In this document: positions 32,166 through 46,559 of the stretch, one piece after another
How the letters are laid out: each line of letters opens with the position of its first letter
Position numbering within the stretch: position 1 is the first letter of the stretch
From: Saccostrea echinata
Lineage: Eukaryota
Direction: 5' to 3'
Length of the DNA: 64,000 bases
Assembly: GCF_033153115.1 (NCBI RefSeq)
Contig: NW_026889782.1
Location: forward strand, 5,952,001 to 6,016,000
The notes under the pieces: generated by a model
Told to the model about the DNA's origin: nothing
Databases searched by the model: none
The model's input: only the letters and a program-made list of their open reading frames with translations
Position numbers and translations under genes: made by a program

Positions 32166-33009
32166 AAATGTTACGTTGTGTGTAAATAACCAAAGTTGAA
32201 CATTTTTTTTATATAGAAAACAGTAAAAATATTCATATAAATGTCACCTGTAAAAGCGTTAAAAGGAATTTCCTTCAAGTAAATTTGTCTATCATTTTAC
32301 TGTTGCATTACTTTATAATATCAAAAAAAGCCTAGATGAAAGAAATTCCTCAGTAAGAAGTGCAGATAAAGACGCTTACAGCGAACACGCTTGTAATGAA
32401 TTGACGCTTACAGCCAAGTTATTTTCATTTCCGAATGTGAACTTTACGGTTATAACGAATTACCTTAATAACGAATCACAATTGTCCATCCCTTCTTCAT
32501 AACCGCTTTATAAGCCTCTGCCATAGTAATTTAGTTTTGTTCAAAAGAAAGATTTTCCTTAAATTAAAGACTTAGGAACATTACACACATATATAGAATT
32601 ATTTTAATACGGTAACGTCGTTGTACAGCTAAGATATGAAGATACCATGATATAATGCATCAATGTTGGTTTCAATCGTTTTTTTAATATTCTTTTTTTA
32701 AAAATTATTTAAAGGAGATTTAGAATCTTCAAAGACTGACACGGTATCGATTTATTTATGCAATATTTCTTTTTTTATGAAATTTAAGAGATATCAGTCA
32801 AAAAATCTGAAAATGCATAATGTAACTTATTCAAATAAATCGGACCCAAATGTAACTCAGTTCCGACTAAATGACTCTCAATGATCGACAGAGACATATA
32901 AAGAATCAAAAACACTTGTCTGGGTTTTCTTCTTCTTTAAAATAATCTACAAAATATATTTGATGTAAAATCTCATGAATCTAGTAAACAAAACGCATCG
33001 TGATCGTGA

Positions 33010-33320
33010 GCAGGACAAAACACGGATCCCTGGAGAACACCAAAGGATGGATCAGGTGCCTAAGAGGAGTAAGCATCCCTTGATGACTGGTCATACCCGC
33101 CGTGAGCTCTATGTATTGATCAGGTATACAGAGTACTCAGTAGTCAAATTTAGTTAAAGTAATGACCTTACAAATCGTATCGAAGATATCAAACACAATA
33201 CGACCCAACGACAGGTTGTATTCACAAAACAACGTCATTAAAACGACCGTAGAATTTGCGGAAAGCTTACTTTAAACAGAGTTGTTGAAATACTTGTAAA
33301 TCAAGTTATATGTCAGTAGC
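33010..33320 (-). mobile_element. Penelope-like retroelement 3' remnant
   Basis: Reverse complement of the conserved tail, plus 'ttccgcaaattctacggtcgt' (FRKFYGR). Duplicated at 59565-59880. Confidence 0.7.
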
Positions 33321-33877
33321 TTCTGAAATAAAAGACAAATGAGAGTAAGCATTTTCTTACATCTTTCGAAAAAAAGTCATTCTCTCTTTAGTATCACATT
33401 AAGCTTAAGGCGTTACAATACGTATTGCTTACGTATTGCTTACATAATACACAAATAATTGTTTTCATTAAGGTAATGATGTTTTGAAAACTTACCCAGG
33501 CCTGTCGCTTGTAAATTTCCATTGGGGGGGGGGGGTCTAGAACAAGACCTCCGGGGGATAGCTCTAGAGTAAGCTTTCCTCATAGAAGCAGTCTCCGATA
33601 GGAAATCTTCCAGGGGAGAAATATGGCTCTAATCGGAGAGTATGCCTCTAGGGGGAAAGTATGACTCTAGGCGGAAAGTATGGCTCTAGAGTTTGTTTTC
33701 TTCCTCGGAGGGTAGTCTCATTTTAGAGGGAGGCTCCAGCGGAAGTCTCACTATCAAAGGAAGTTTTGCCGTACATCTATGTACGCACAGACGGTTGGCA
33801 GACTGATTAAAATCTCAAACTAAGCATCTCAATGCTAGAAAAAAAATGTAGATAGAATATTAACTGAATTATTTATA

Positions 33878-33920
33878 CTAATATGTCCGACGGTGAATCC
33901 GTTAGGGCGAGCGCTGTTAC
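33878..33920 (-). mobile_element. 3' terminus of a HINE related to the 18338-19167 family
   Basis: 'taatatgtccgacggtgaatccgttagggcgagcgc' resembles 44143-44180. Confidence 0.55.
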
Positions 33921-35169
33921 ATTTTTGTAATAATTATTCCACAACTTTATACACCTCTCAAATGTCGTTTTGCATTCTGCTATGAAATTTCACTTTCAGT
34001 AAACTCCTTTAGCCTGCGTTTACTGCGTCTCGTAAGTTCAACTACTTTAAAAAACGATATTTATCACAAAATAGATATATTCTCTTCCTTTGCAGACTTC
34101 CCATGCATCTGGATCAGATTCCAAACTTCTCGGATTTTTTTTCGAAAATTTAAGAAATACCCGAACCGTTTAAATGACGAATTTATTACGTCACATACAA
34201 AATCATTTGGTCTGAGCAAGCAACAAAGGATAGTTTTACGTTATGAAACTTGCATCAAATCTTTGTTTGTAATTTTCTTTCAAGCAAGATGTTGCTATGT
34301 TTAAGCAACCATCTTGCTATGACTGCAAAGGATTACTGGGAGATTGGAATTTTCTCACGTGGACTGATAAAAATATCTTTGAACAATGTGTAGATTTCAA
34401 CCCGAATTTCTTCCGTTCGTACACGCTGTCTATGGAGCTGGCTGCGCTCGTTATTAAGAAATTGTAATTTTTCAGAATATGAAAAGCACTAAAACTATTT
34501 GTGATATGTTATGATGTTTTATTTATCAAGCTTATATACAAATGTACAAGTATAGATAAAATACTAAATACTATACCCCACACTCACTCTCTTGCAATTA
34601 TTGTCTTTTAACTCCCTTCCTTATTTCTTCTTTCTTATTTCTGCATAGAAAGCTTTCCTAGGAAAGCATGTCTCATATACTGTTAGTTAGATTATGAAAT
34701 ATATTATTTGTAAATGCAACATATACTTATTACAAAAGAAAATGTATAATAAAAGATATAAGGAAGTAAAAACGAAAGTTTGTACTGATTGTTAACTTAT
34801 CTATGTTTATGTGAAAACATAATTAAAATTTATAAATAATTATTTTAAATTTTTACACTTGAGCTTAAATGATTGATTGTATGTTTTTTTACGTCCCGTT
34901 CGAGAATTTATCACTCCACTTGACCTTAAAGCTTGTTTGATAGAGAAAACGAATCTCCTTGATTTGAGAATGTCAATTGAAATTTTAAGTTCTATTAAAT
35001 CCTATGCAAGATTCTGATAATTTTTTGTAGCACTCTACCCCCTGGGATTTTGATTGAACAAAATTTATTTTACACTTCGTGAGGATGTCTGCATAATAAT
35101 ATGACTAATCTTTGCCCTGCAGGTCTTGATAAGAAAAGACTTGCGAACGATAGTATGTTTTGCCGCCTA

Positions 35170-37910
35170 CCCAGGTAGCACAAAACATTTTCAAAACATT
35201 TTACTGCAGTTATAAAAAGGTTTTTTCAAAACATTTCATAGTAAACATTTTTAAAATGTTTTTAAAACATTTTTCTTTCCCATTGTAACATTTTAAAAAC
35301 ATTTTTAAAATGTTTTCAAAATGGTTAATGTAAAATCTTTAAGGAACATTTCTATAAAATGTTTTGGAAACGTTTTAAAAACGATTCGAAAGGTATGTTT
35401 TGTTTGCATATATTAAACAGTTTCATATTACGTTATAAAAATGTTTTTAAAACATAATATAAAACATTCCTCTTCTATAAATCTGTAACATTGTAATGTT
35501 ACTTTTCTAAAACATTTTGAAGGAACGTCGTCAAAATGTTTTTAAAACACTCTACATACTGCTTATAGTATAATATTTAAATATTTTCAAGTGTTGGTCG
35601 TGAAAATGTTTTTAAAACATTTAACAAAACGTTTTCTTCTCCTACAACTGAAACATTTTATTTATGATTTATGCAACATTTTATAGAAACATTTTCAAAA
35701 TGCATGTTTTTAAAACATTTGTATCATTTTCAATATTAATGCATTTATTTATTTTCAAAGTATGTTGTAAAAATTTTTTCAGAACATTGACTTTAACGTT
35801 TATTCTTCTAAAGACTTTAACATTTTATTTAGCATTAATGCAACATTTTGTAATGTAATTTTCAAAATGTTTTGAAAATATTCACGACTAACCCAATTGT
35901 CTGAGGAAAAAAAAATGCATAGAATATCCAGAGAAGATTGGGATTAAATGAAAAATTGCTTTTCTTTTTTCAATAATACATTTTTTTTAAAAAGTCTTAT
36001 TGAGTTCACAGACTTGTAATCAATACAAAGTTCATTGAATAAATTTAAGATACTTTAATTTTAAAAAGAAACAAAATAATAAACAAACTGTTTACAATAA
36101 TTAACACAGCCTGATTTATGACGGTCTCGCCTGTTTGCATCATATTTCTTAAACTCCAAGGCAGCAGATTAGGAGTGGCTTCACTGGTCAGTTTCAGTGT
36201 CAAGATAACCTTGTTATGCAATTCTCCTGCTGGGCAGAGCGTTATAGAGTATAGTGGTTTGCAACTTATCTAGGCCAAAATTTGAATTCTGGTAAACAGG
36301 ATGTGCGCGTTTTCTTGTCGCTGATTTTCAAACAAGATTTTTGCATCATATAAGCCTGGAGAATGAGCGCTGGATTATTAACATCTGAATTGTGAGTATA
36401 CTTTAATCAGAGATTTCAAAATATAATTTTTAAAAATAACCTTTATGTAACCAGTACATCACTGTATTCTTGTATGCATATGTGTAGCAAAGACAAAGCT
36501 ATTATGTATTTGAATTCAATACTTTATTCAACAACAAATATACCTCCTTATCTTATGTTGATCATAATTCAAAATATCTTATTATTGAAACATGAAATCA
36601 TATTGCAGTTAGATGACAGTTCCAGCAACAGACTTGAATTCCATTCAAATTGCCACATTTGAAAGAACCGCCTCTAGCTGACAAAAACAAAGGCAATTTT
36701 TTTGTACGTAAATATCTTTGCTCTTAATATTATTGTGTTATAGTTATGAACAAGCAACAACTCTAATTCTTTTCATAATGCAAATGGGAAAAGTTCTTGT
36801 GATTTTATGATTTAATTAAAAAATGTTCTTGCATATTTTTATCATTTAAAGATCTGAAGTAGACGGATTACTTAAACACTGTTGTCTCCATATTTACAGG
36901 TTCTGCTTTATTGAAAAGATCGAGCGACTTGTTCAATTCTTTCCGAGGACAGACTTCTTGTGAATTTTATGTGTGCGATTCCATTTACATAATAGCTAGA
37001 TCCGCCGCTCTGTGGAACCTATACATATACATGTAGATACATGCTATGCGGGATCGTAATTGATAACAGTGATCTAGGCCTGGTTATTCTTTTTATGGGA
37101 AGGATTTGTGTGATTCTATTGTTTTTAAATTCAGTGAATGGATTTTTTTTCTTTAAAAATACCTGTTGGGTTAAAACAATATAACTCAGAACCTGTACTG
37201 GAAATGGAACTAAAATGTGTTTTGCATATTGCATAAGGGTTTGTATTAAAATTTGTAAAAAAAAAAAAAAAAAATGAATTCGTTCAGTTGTGATTTATTC
37301 TTTGAGAGTTATAATTAAGATGAAATGTATTAAAAGCGCTCTTAAAATCATACAAAATGATGTTCTCATGTCATTATTGAAAACGTCTATTGACATTTCA
37401 GGAAAGAGATGCCATTGCGACATTTGGGTAAAATGTTTTAAAAACGTTTTAAAAACCATACAAAATCACGTGAATAAAACATTTGCAAAAATGTTCTTGT
37501 AACATTTTAGGAAAATGTTCTGATAACATTTGCTGTAACATTTGGGTAAAATGTTTTTAAAACATTTTAAAAACCATACAAAATCACGTGATTAAAACAT
37601 TTTTGGAAAATGTTTTTGTAACATTTTAATTAAATGTTCTGATAACATTTGCTGAAATATTTTGCTGAAATGTTTTAAAAACGTTTAAAAAACCATACAA
37701 AATCACGTGATTAAAACATTTTTGAAAAATGTTTTTGTAACATTTTAATTAAATGTTCCGATAACACTTGCTGAAATATTTTGCTGAAATGTTTTAAAAA
37801 CGTTTAAAAAACCATACAAAATCACGTGATTAAAACATTTTTGAAAATGTTTTTGTAACATTTTGAAAATGTTTTAAAAACATTTTAAAAATGTTTTTGT
37901 GCTAGCTGGG
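35170..37910. mobile_element. Complete CACTA/EnSpm-like non-autonomous element, 2-bp TSD (TA)
   Basis: Ends read ta|cccaggtagcacaaaacatttt ... aaatgtttttgtgctagctggg|ta. Long aaaacatttt/aaaatgtttt subterminal arrays; ~119-bp tandem units at 37430-37860. Absent from the duplicate segment. Confidence 0.88.
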
Positions 37911-40900
37911 TACCTCCAAGTTAAATTTCAAAAGTTAACACGTTTGAATTCTTTTTTATAATTATATAGATATTTATGTGATTTTTCACAAAACATAATC
38001 TATTTGGGAAAACTAACAGAGATAACTCTTTAATTTTGGTAAAAATTGCGTTTATCTTGAATGGACTTTTGAGCTTGATTACTGTTCGTTATCGCTGTAT
38101 TTAATGTAAACATCTACAGGTAGTGCATATTGAAGTTTGTTTAAATCATAACCATTGGGGTTGGACCTGGCCACAGTAGGGATCAAAGTAAAAGAGGGGA
38201 ATGTAAAATAATATTCTTTAAAATCTTCTCATAAATAACAGGACATAAATTTGTGATATTTGAATGCAAGCATACTAAAGCATATTCAATTTTGAAAGAT
38301 CAAAGGCCAAAGGGGGATTTTTGGATTCAATAGGTTGGTCAAAATCCCATCCACTTTTTCTCTGTGGACTGAAGAAGACGTCTTTTGGTTGAAAATCCAC
38401 AGCAAACTTTACAACAACCTTTTGTTGCTTTTGTTTGTCTCAGGCAATGCAATTGAACTTCCGTCAGCCGTACCATTTTTTCAAGAATTCAAATTATAAC
38501 TTTAAATAGCGAAAAACAATGTGTATACCTCCAGAATATCAACTTGTATTACAAATTTGTTGACAAACCTGTCATTGTCAATCTGCAAGTGCTTTTGGTC
38601 TTTTAACACATTCCCCATGAGACGTCATACCATTTACGGTTGAGTAATTTTTAAAACCAATTTAGGTGCAAAGTAACCAAAATACTTCCCAGACAAATTT
38701 TCGTAATTTTCGGTGAAGTAGTAAAATAATTATTGAATATTATGTTACCCTGCGTTTCTTTTTCCTTTCAGTATATTAATTAAAAACTAGGACATTTGAC
38801 ATCATAGACAACTGCTTCCTCTATAAAATTGGAACTCATAAATTTTCGTATCTGGTGATTGGTCATCTATAAAATTACTTCGTTAAAATCATATTTGTTT
38901 TACATACAACTACTCTGAAGTTGATATTTAAAAATTGCTAGTGTATCAATGCAGACTTTGGAGACCAGCTCTTCCAACAATCCGTTGGGATTTTTTGGAC
39001 AGTAATTGTGCTCCTTTATTTATTATAACAAGACTCTAAGTGTTTTACAGAAATAACTCTTCTACTAGGTTTGTTTCAACGTACATTTTCACGCATTTTT
39101 TTCAACTTCTTTTTTTCAATTTCGAAAATCCAAAATAAATTACTGCGATTAGCTTTGGAGTTAAAAATAAATATGAGTTTCATAACAAAGTACAATTTTA
39201 TTTATTTACCAGTCGCATTTATCTTATTTTTCATTCGAAGTTTATAAACACATGGAGTTACGTGAAAACATATCTACACGGACGCCATTTTTATTTTTTA
39301 ATGAGGAAATAAAGAGGCAAACTTAGTTCAATTTCTCCTGAGTGTTAATATTTCTCTGAGGATGATTTAAATCATACTCAGGATTTCCATTAATGGAACT
39401 CTAAAAAGAAAAGAGGCGCGTTTGGTCCAGTGACTGGGACAACGTGTAAACAATATTTAGATGTAGAGGAATACACAGAAGATGCCGATCTCAATCCGAT
39501 TTTGAATGTTAAATGTATTCGTCATTCAAACTCAAGAATAGAAGAATTAATTAACAAATTTGAGAGTGCCGAAGCTCCGAATTTTTCATCCAATGATAAA
39601 TATTACGACGGTTCCGAGGCATGTATTTTGAGATGGACCGTCACCATATGTCAACAGCTTGTCAAAGGTAAAGGGTACCATATCAATTGAGTAAAACGCA
39701 GCTGACGATATTAGGCGTATGTCATCTCTAACCTCCATAACTCTGTGGATGGTCTACATAACGTTTAGAGGGAAAGAAAACAAGTAACATACACCTGTGA
39801 GTTGCAGTTGTGCATGATGTTGTTGTGGCTTTGATCACAGGTCTTGTGGACAGTTAAGAATATCTCCCCTCCCCCACCCCCACCCCATAAAACCCCTCAT
39901 TGAACCTACGTAATTAAAACATTCGACAAAAATTTCTAGCCAACTCTATATATCACTTATGGCTTTGTCAGGTACATGTATGTAAATTATGGCGCTAGTA
40001 ACATTGCTTACTTCAAGAAGAATCAAAGATAGTGTATAAATCAGCATGTATGAATATAAATTAAGATTATTTTATCTTTAATTTGAACTTTTTTCTCATT
40101 TCAAAATATGTATTATGCATAAACCGGAATTTTATGAGCGTGTGGTCTTTTCATTACGAAGTGTACAATTTTAATTAGTTTTCATAAATCAATTATCAGG
40201 AGATGATTCGTTCAATATCAAGAGAAATTGTTCCTGACACAAAGCAGTCAAACAGCTCATACTATGCATTAACTATAGAATACTGTAATACATAATTAAT
40301 GTGTAAGTCCCTTTTTAACAGTAAACCTTCGCATCGCGACCAAGGAAATACGAGTCATCACCATATACCTATTAATTTTATTTATTCCAGTTTTCTAGTT
40401 TGTGCTACATGTTTTACAAACATTGTATCTTGGTATCGATTTTACGATGATGAAACCGGCTTATGTAAGACATTAATGGATGCTTAATAAGGCAGACCAA
40501 TGATCTCATTTTCTGTTATGAATATTTTGTAAGGTACATTAACTATGTCGTATCAAAGCCGTACCTGTATACGGAAGGCATCGCTAAAGTTAGAAGGTTT
40601 AATTTAAAAAAAAAAAAAGCACAAAAATACCCTTTCAAATGTTTTTTTAAAAGATCAATGAGCTTGTATTTATCTGACTGTGATAAATATGTTTGAATAA
40701 TTACCTTACCAGGACCTGCATACCTTCATCTTACCATTTGTACGATTATTATGACTTTGAAATTGCCATGTAGATGATAATAGTTGCAGAACTAAAAACA
40801 GATATACGTCGGAATAACGGAATTTCTTATCACTTATTTTATTTATTATTATATTGCTCGACCGTCTGTCCATAAAGTCGTGTCCGAGACAATTTTGAAA

Positions 40901-40943
40901 AGGAGAAACATTTACAGCTCAATTAGAAACAAGGGTAGTATAT

Positions 40944-41118
40944 ATATAAGGAATGTTTTTAAGTTTTGTGTGAGTTATTGGTGTGTAAATCACACAGACT
41001 TGTCACGTAGGCATATTTCATGGAGCGCGCTAGCGCTTCATTAAAAATATGCCTACGTGCAAGTCTATGTGATTTACACACCAGTAATGCATAGTAAACT
41101 TCAAAACATTCCTTATAT
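40944..41118. repeat. ~175-bp foldback palindrome (MITE-like)
   Basis: Arms atataaggaatgtttt...ggtgtgtaaatcaca.agacttg.cacgtaggcatattt / aaatatgcctacgtgcaagtct.tgtgatttacacacc...aaaacattccttatat around the centre gagcgcgctagcgctt. Confidence 0.9.
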
Positions 41119-41528
41119 TTACATTTTAAATGTTCAAAAGCACCAAAGATATACTTTTTGAATTATTCGCTGCCCTATATCGTTACATTTTTATTAACGT
41201 CTCTGTAGCTAATTGTGAAGTCACTTTAGCGCGAGTTTCTCCGTGCATATTTCTACGCGTAAGTATACATGAAAATGGCATTGGAATCAATTTCAAAGTT
41301 GGCTTAGTAGAAAAACACAGCAAATGTAAATATAAAGCTTTATTCCATATTAAAATCGCCTACATAACTAAGCTCCGCCTATCATTCGATAACTTTTCAA
41401 ACTCAGCAAACGCATCAATTTAGAAGAAAGATTCATAGAAAATCCACTTGAAAAAAGAAGATTATTTTTAACTTTTAAAAGCTTGATACGCCTGATTTTT
41501 TCAAGTGCGGACTCAAGAAACAACGATC

Positions 41529-41820
41529 ATGAACAAGGCTTTGGTTTGGGCTTCGTTTGTTACTTTCTTCAGACTTATGAAATCTCTATCAAGGAGCTCC
41601 GTCGCTCAACTAGACCTGGTCGACGTGATATTTCATGGAAACCTTACGATAGAATATGATGCTTTTTCGCTAAGTATGTGTTCGGTAATGTGTGGTTCGG
41701 AGTGTACGTACTTTGGTGTTGATTTACAAAAAAAGAAATGTCGAATTCATACAGGGAGTCAATCAAGTAGCTTGAAGTTGGCGGAAACGGGATGGAGATA
41801 CTATAAACAGGAATCAGAAG
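41529..41820 (+). CDS. Lectin gene 2, exon 1: signal peptide + PAN/apple-like Cys domain
   Basis: ATG at 41529; MNKALVWASFVTFF...SLSMCSVMCGSECTYFG...CRIH...ETGWRYY; donor AG|GTATT in phase 1. The four exons join to 699 nt (232 aa + stop). Confidence 0.78.
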
Positions 41821-43050
41821 GTATTATGATTTACAATTACTTCAAATACAGTAAAATATGATTACTACGATCTCGAATGTGAGAATTTCAACATTTAAGG
41901 AATAATTTGAAACCCCTTAAAAATGGTAACGGTAATACAGAAAGTACCAAAAAATGATATAACAAAGCCAGCTATTTTGACTTTGTTAAAAAGAAATAAA
42001 TAACTTGTGCAGTAATTCAGAAACAATTCAAAATTCCTCATAACCGAGATTTTTATGAACACTTTTCTTCAAAGTAGAGATTGCAGAAGGATAGCCGAGA
42101 ATTTCAAATTATTCATCCTAATATTTTCTGTGTATACGTGTCACAGATATAAAACATACGAAGATGAAATTATATTTTTAAAAAAAAACCTCAAAATATA
42201 ATTAAACATTCTTCAAAATAATATACTTATATGAAAAACTTATGCAATTTACTAATACGGATAAACATGTAAGGTTATGACGAACTTCAATTAAAAGATT
42301 TTATATGTATCCGGAGGAATTTCTTGTTCTGTTACTTATTATAAATTGTCTGTCTTTCCGTGCTCTTGTGTCCGGTCAATACCTTTTAAATGAGAAATTG
42401 CAGCTAAACTCGATGAAAAATGGCTTACGACCTGCGGATATGTCACGTACTTTACCAAAGGTCTTTCTAGCAAGTTATAGATCACTGACAAAATTAGAAA
42501 GCATTTAACTCACGTCCATTCAACAACTTATGAGATTCGTTCGATACCAGGATGATTATTCATAGTATTGTGGCGACACACTATCCCGAATTTGAAACCA
42601 GATGGCAATACGTTCACGAAAACAAACTTCGAAATGATCCAGACTAGGCCATAGGCACCTGACGAATGGTTGGTGTAGTACCCCCCCCCCTCTTTCCTTC
42701 TTGAAGTTTTATTAGACACGATGACTTAGCAAAAATACATGTATTTATAGCCTATCGTACCTATATTCCGATATCTGATATCATTTTCCGTTTTTGTAAA
42801 GATTTAGAGATTGCCCCTCTACGGTGTATAAAAATACTAAAGGTAAGGAAAAAAATCTTGTAAACAAACAGGATACCCCGCTTCGTGGGAGAATTTCAAC
42901 TTTAATACATCATGACCAGTTGAATTAATGCAAGAGGCAAATCAAGGAAATGGAATTAATGCAAGAGGCAAATCAGAGAATTTTTTTTACAAGCCCCTTT
43001 TATTAACGCCGGGTCAAAATGACTTATTTGCCCTAAATTCGCTTTATTTA

Positions 43051-43215
43051 CCCATTTCCCTTCACTGGCACCCAAACAGAAGGCTGCGATTGTCAGTGTG
43101 TTGTATGGAAACACATCCAAGGAGTTTCGATTAGCTATCTCTGGATTTTTTCACTACGTTAAACAAAGTGGTACGTAATGACCTCCTGATTGGGTGCCAG
43201 TTAAATGAAAATGGG
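43051..43215. repeat. Imperfect foldback/MITE
   Basis: cccatttcccttcactggcacccaaacagaagg pairs with cctcctgattgggtgccagttaaatgaaaatggg. Confidence 0.7.
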
Positions 43216-44142
43216 TCAATAGAAGCCAATCATTCGTCAGGTGCCTGTGGACTGTAGAGTTTGCCCCACGGTTCCAACTTAATTACTTTTTGCATCATAT
43301 CCATATTATCTGGACTTTCCACCAGATCAAACTAAACTTTTTGATAGATAGAACTTATCTCCAAAAGTTATGCCTTGATATGAACATTGGAGTTCCATTT
43401 GTACAAAAAATACATGTACACCTATACATGTATTGATTTATAAGGCAACACATTCAACCTCTTCGGAGATCAATCGCAACTTCTCGGGCCTTGCCGACAA
43501 GCGGAAAGACGACCTCGAATTTGTTTCGAAAGCGTCCATGACATCCCCGTCTCAAAAAAATTGAAATAAATGTTGGGTGGTCTCTGATCTGTAGAGGTTG
43601 TCTTTATTTTCAATGAATACTCAAAACATGTAAAGGAGGGGCTAATGAACACTGTCCATCCAGTACTTAACTGAATACGAAGCGACACCATTTTGCATAA
43701 TTAAAATTTTAACATTCGATGTTGTTAATACATTCGAGGTACCAGAAACGCCCGAGAAGATGCGATTGTACGGAGATAAAACATTACAAAGAAATGGCCG
43801 CCACTATCATTTTCGTGAATTTCCCTTGCTTGGATCAAATTATATGCATCACATTCGGAAAACCTCTGGAAATAACGACAACATCTTGACAGCCATGGCC
43901 AAAATGTTTATCATAAATTCGTTGATTTTGAAAAGCTGTGTCAAGTGCTTGTTTTACCTTGTATATGTCAAATCTGGCTTAAACTGATTGGAAATTATGA
44001 AACGCTAATGGTTAATGATATTTTCTTTAAAAACACGTCACATTTTTCTATTGTTTAAAATTTGGTCGAAGCACTCATGTTGGTCATGTGATCACATGCC
44101 AACCCGTATTTACATCCTGATAAATCTTTTAAAATGATACCT

Positions 44143-44539
44143 TAATATGTTGACGGTGCGACCGTTAGGGCAAGCGCAGATACCTTTCAGTTTTAATTTA
44201 GATCGGGTTCGTCAAACCGCACGTGACATTTGGTACTTCTAGACTCTGACGTCATATGACGTCGTGTGTATGTTGCATTACCAAAACGGAGTCTGAACAG
44301 TGCTATTTTTAATCAATAACGTTTAATCGACTATCTGTCTGCTATATATCCATTAAATCAAGGTGATTTTATATTTTGTTGAATTTTTGTTGCTACCGCG
44401 AGAACGTGGTTTGCGGCGAGATGCAATTCGCTAAGCATTATGGGACCACAGGTAACTGCGGAAAAAAATTCACTTGGATCAATGTGCAAAATGCGAATTT
44501 TCTCTTCGCCCAGGCATTGCTTTAAGAGCTCGCTATAAC
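44143..44539 (-). mobile_element. HINE monomer, same family as 18338-19167
   Basis: Reverse complement of 18762-19167 from end to end (taatatgttgacggtgcgaccgttaggg ... ctcttcgcccaggc...gagctcgctata). Confidence 0.8.
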
Positions 44540-46559
44540 TTATATTTACATTTGTGACTGATTCATTATAAATAGTAAGGTACTGAAGTTTAAAACCCAT
44601 AAATGATCTATTTTTTTCAAACCTCAACGGTATAAATTGAATGTGTTGAACACGTCGATCACTTATGACGTCACTATGAAACTACGTAGATCGTTTTTTG
44701 ACTTAACAATCAATTTATGGTCACATGACGAACGTGTTTTACACAGGTGTAAAAACGCCTTGTTCAAATAGTGTTATATAAGGGAAAACATTTGCAAATG
44801 TAAATATTCTGATTTAAAAAGCAACGCTTCATTATGTTTCCTAATATGAATCAAATAGGTATGGCAGAAAATATTGTTTTCATATATTCCTCATGTTTTA
44901 TGCTGAGATAAAGAATTATTGATCTTCCTATTCACCATATCATGATTAGATATAATATTCATTTCCGAAAAAGTAAGTGATGCTTCGTACTTCAAACTAT
45001 TTTCTGTTTAAATCTAATGCTATTGTTGATGAAAATCAATGTTGGGAATTTAACAAAAATAGTGAAATTTAGAGCAGAGGGATATTTCATCTTAAGGTCG
45101 AGCCAAGACATATATGAGAATATATGTCTATGGTTCTGGCCGAGGAAAGAAGAATGGCGAACCCGACTACACACCATTCAAATGAATATTAACATTTGGA
45201 AAAGAGCGAAATCTTCTATCTTTTGTTTTTTTCCTTTCATTTAATTTTATTTAAATGAATGCAATAGAAGAATAACAGAAAAAAAAATAAATTCAAAGAT
45301 ATATAATTCAGTGAGTCATCTCATGCGCGGATCCAGATGGGTTGGGGTGGGTGGTGTCCGGACCCTCTGGAATTAGGGAAGTTATTTAATGTACATAGTA
45401 AATAATTAAATATTGACCTTGGACGCCCTCCCAGAAAATGCTCCCATGTTAAGTTGGTAGGAAGCGTCATACATAATTATGAAGCTTAAGAAGTGAAGGA
45501 AACCGGTTTAACCGCTAATGAGCGTATACATAGGAAGAAATTGTGGATTTTCTCCGGTGTAGCTTTACTGAACTGAATTGAATGAAAGTGCTAATCTTTA
45601 TATTTCAAATGAAAGTTGTACAAGGCAAATGATGTCAGCAGTTTTGAGGAAGGGATCCAAAACTTCAACAGATTAAAAGTTTTAAAACTTTATTGTCAGA
45701 GAACAATATTTTTTTTAGGGGGGGGGGGGGGTATTGTATCAATATCTTACGTGCTTAATAATATTGATGAGTAAAACTATTAAAAAACATATATAATAGA
45801 AAGAAATGAATAAATCATAAACAAACTAAAATAAGAAAGAAAATAAAATACATGTTAAAACCTGTAACCTTTAATTTGATGTTATGGAAAGCATAAATAC
45901 TGATGTTCATTGACCATTCAAGTAGTACAAATTCAAAAAAAAATAGCTTTTTTCATACAAATGTCTGGGGATGTATATGAGGTAGAATAGGCTGATTTTA
46001 GTGCATAGATGGAAAAGAAGAGTGTCTGTGGAAAAAATATATTGAGAAATTGCCTTTGAATGCGTAGTAGAAAGGTGTAAATAGACCGTATTTTCCATCT
46101 TCTGAAGGGGGAATTGAAATATGGAGGGTAGGGATAACTTGCAATGTTTTAGCGGAACTTGCATACTATGGATTCTCCTTAGATTCAGAAATACGAGGGT
46201 TGATCCAAAAAATCGTGGAATTTCTTCATATTTTATTTATTTTTTAATGGAAGCTATTGAAAATTACAGGTGAAAATATATACGCTTGTTGAATTTTCTT
46301 AATAAAAAATATTTTAAAAATCATGATAGTAACACTTCGGCAATTGCCATAGAAACGGATGTTCAAAAATGCAGGGAGACATTTTTTTTTGGTTCATTAT
46401 CATTCCAATTCCTGATACTCACTGTGAAAAAAAAACGAGATAAGTGTCTAATAAAACGAAAATAATTTTCATAATTACGATTGCTTGAACTCTTATAAAC
46501 CTTTGTGTGAGTTTTATCAATTTTACTGGATATTTAGTATTTTTAATGATGATTTGTTG

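Larger units (their letters stand above)
31930..35060 (+). repeat. Segmental duplication, copy 1 (pairs with 58480-61540; continues at 38060-38330 vs 61720-61995)
   Basis: Exon 4 and more than 1.2 kb of 3' flank are nearly identical to 58480-59990. Further colinear blocks are separated by copy-specific insertions. Confidence 0.92.

Noticed and set aside
39390-39770. 86-aa ORF with a protein-like composition
   Set aside because: GTG start, nearby stops and no motif I recognise. Possibly a decayed TE gene but unsupported without a search.
42305-42719. Possible integrase-like remnant (NNHPGIER on the minus strand)
   Set aside because: Too short and interrupted to support a call.
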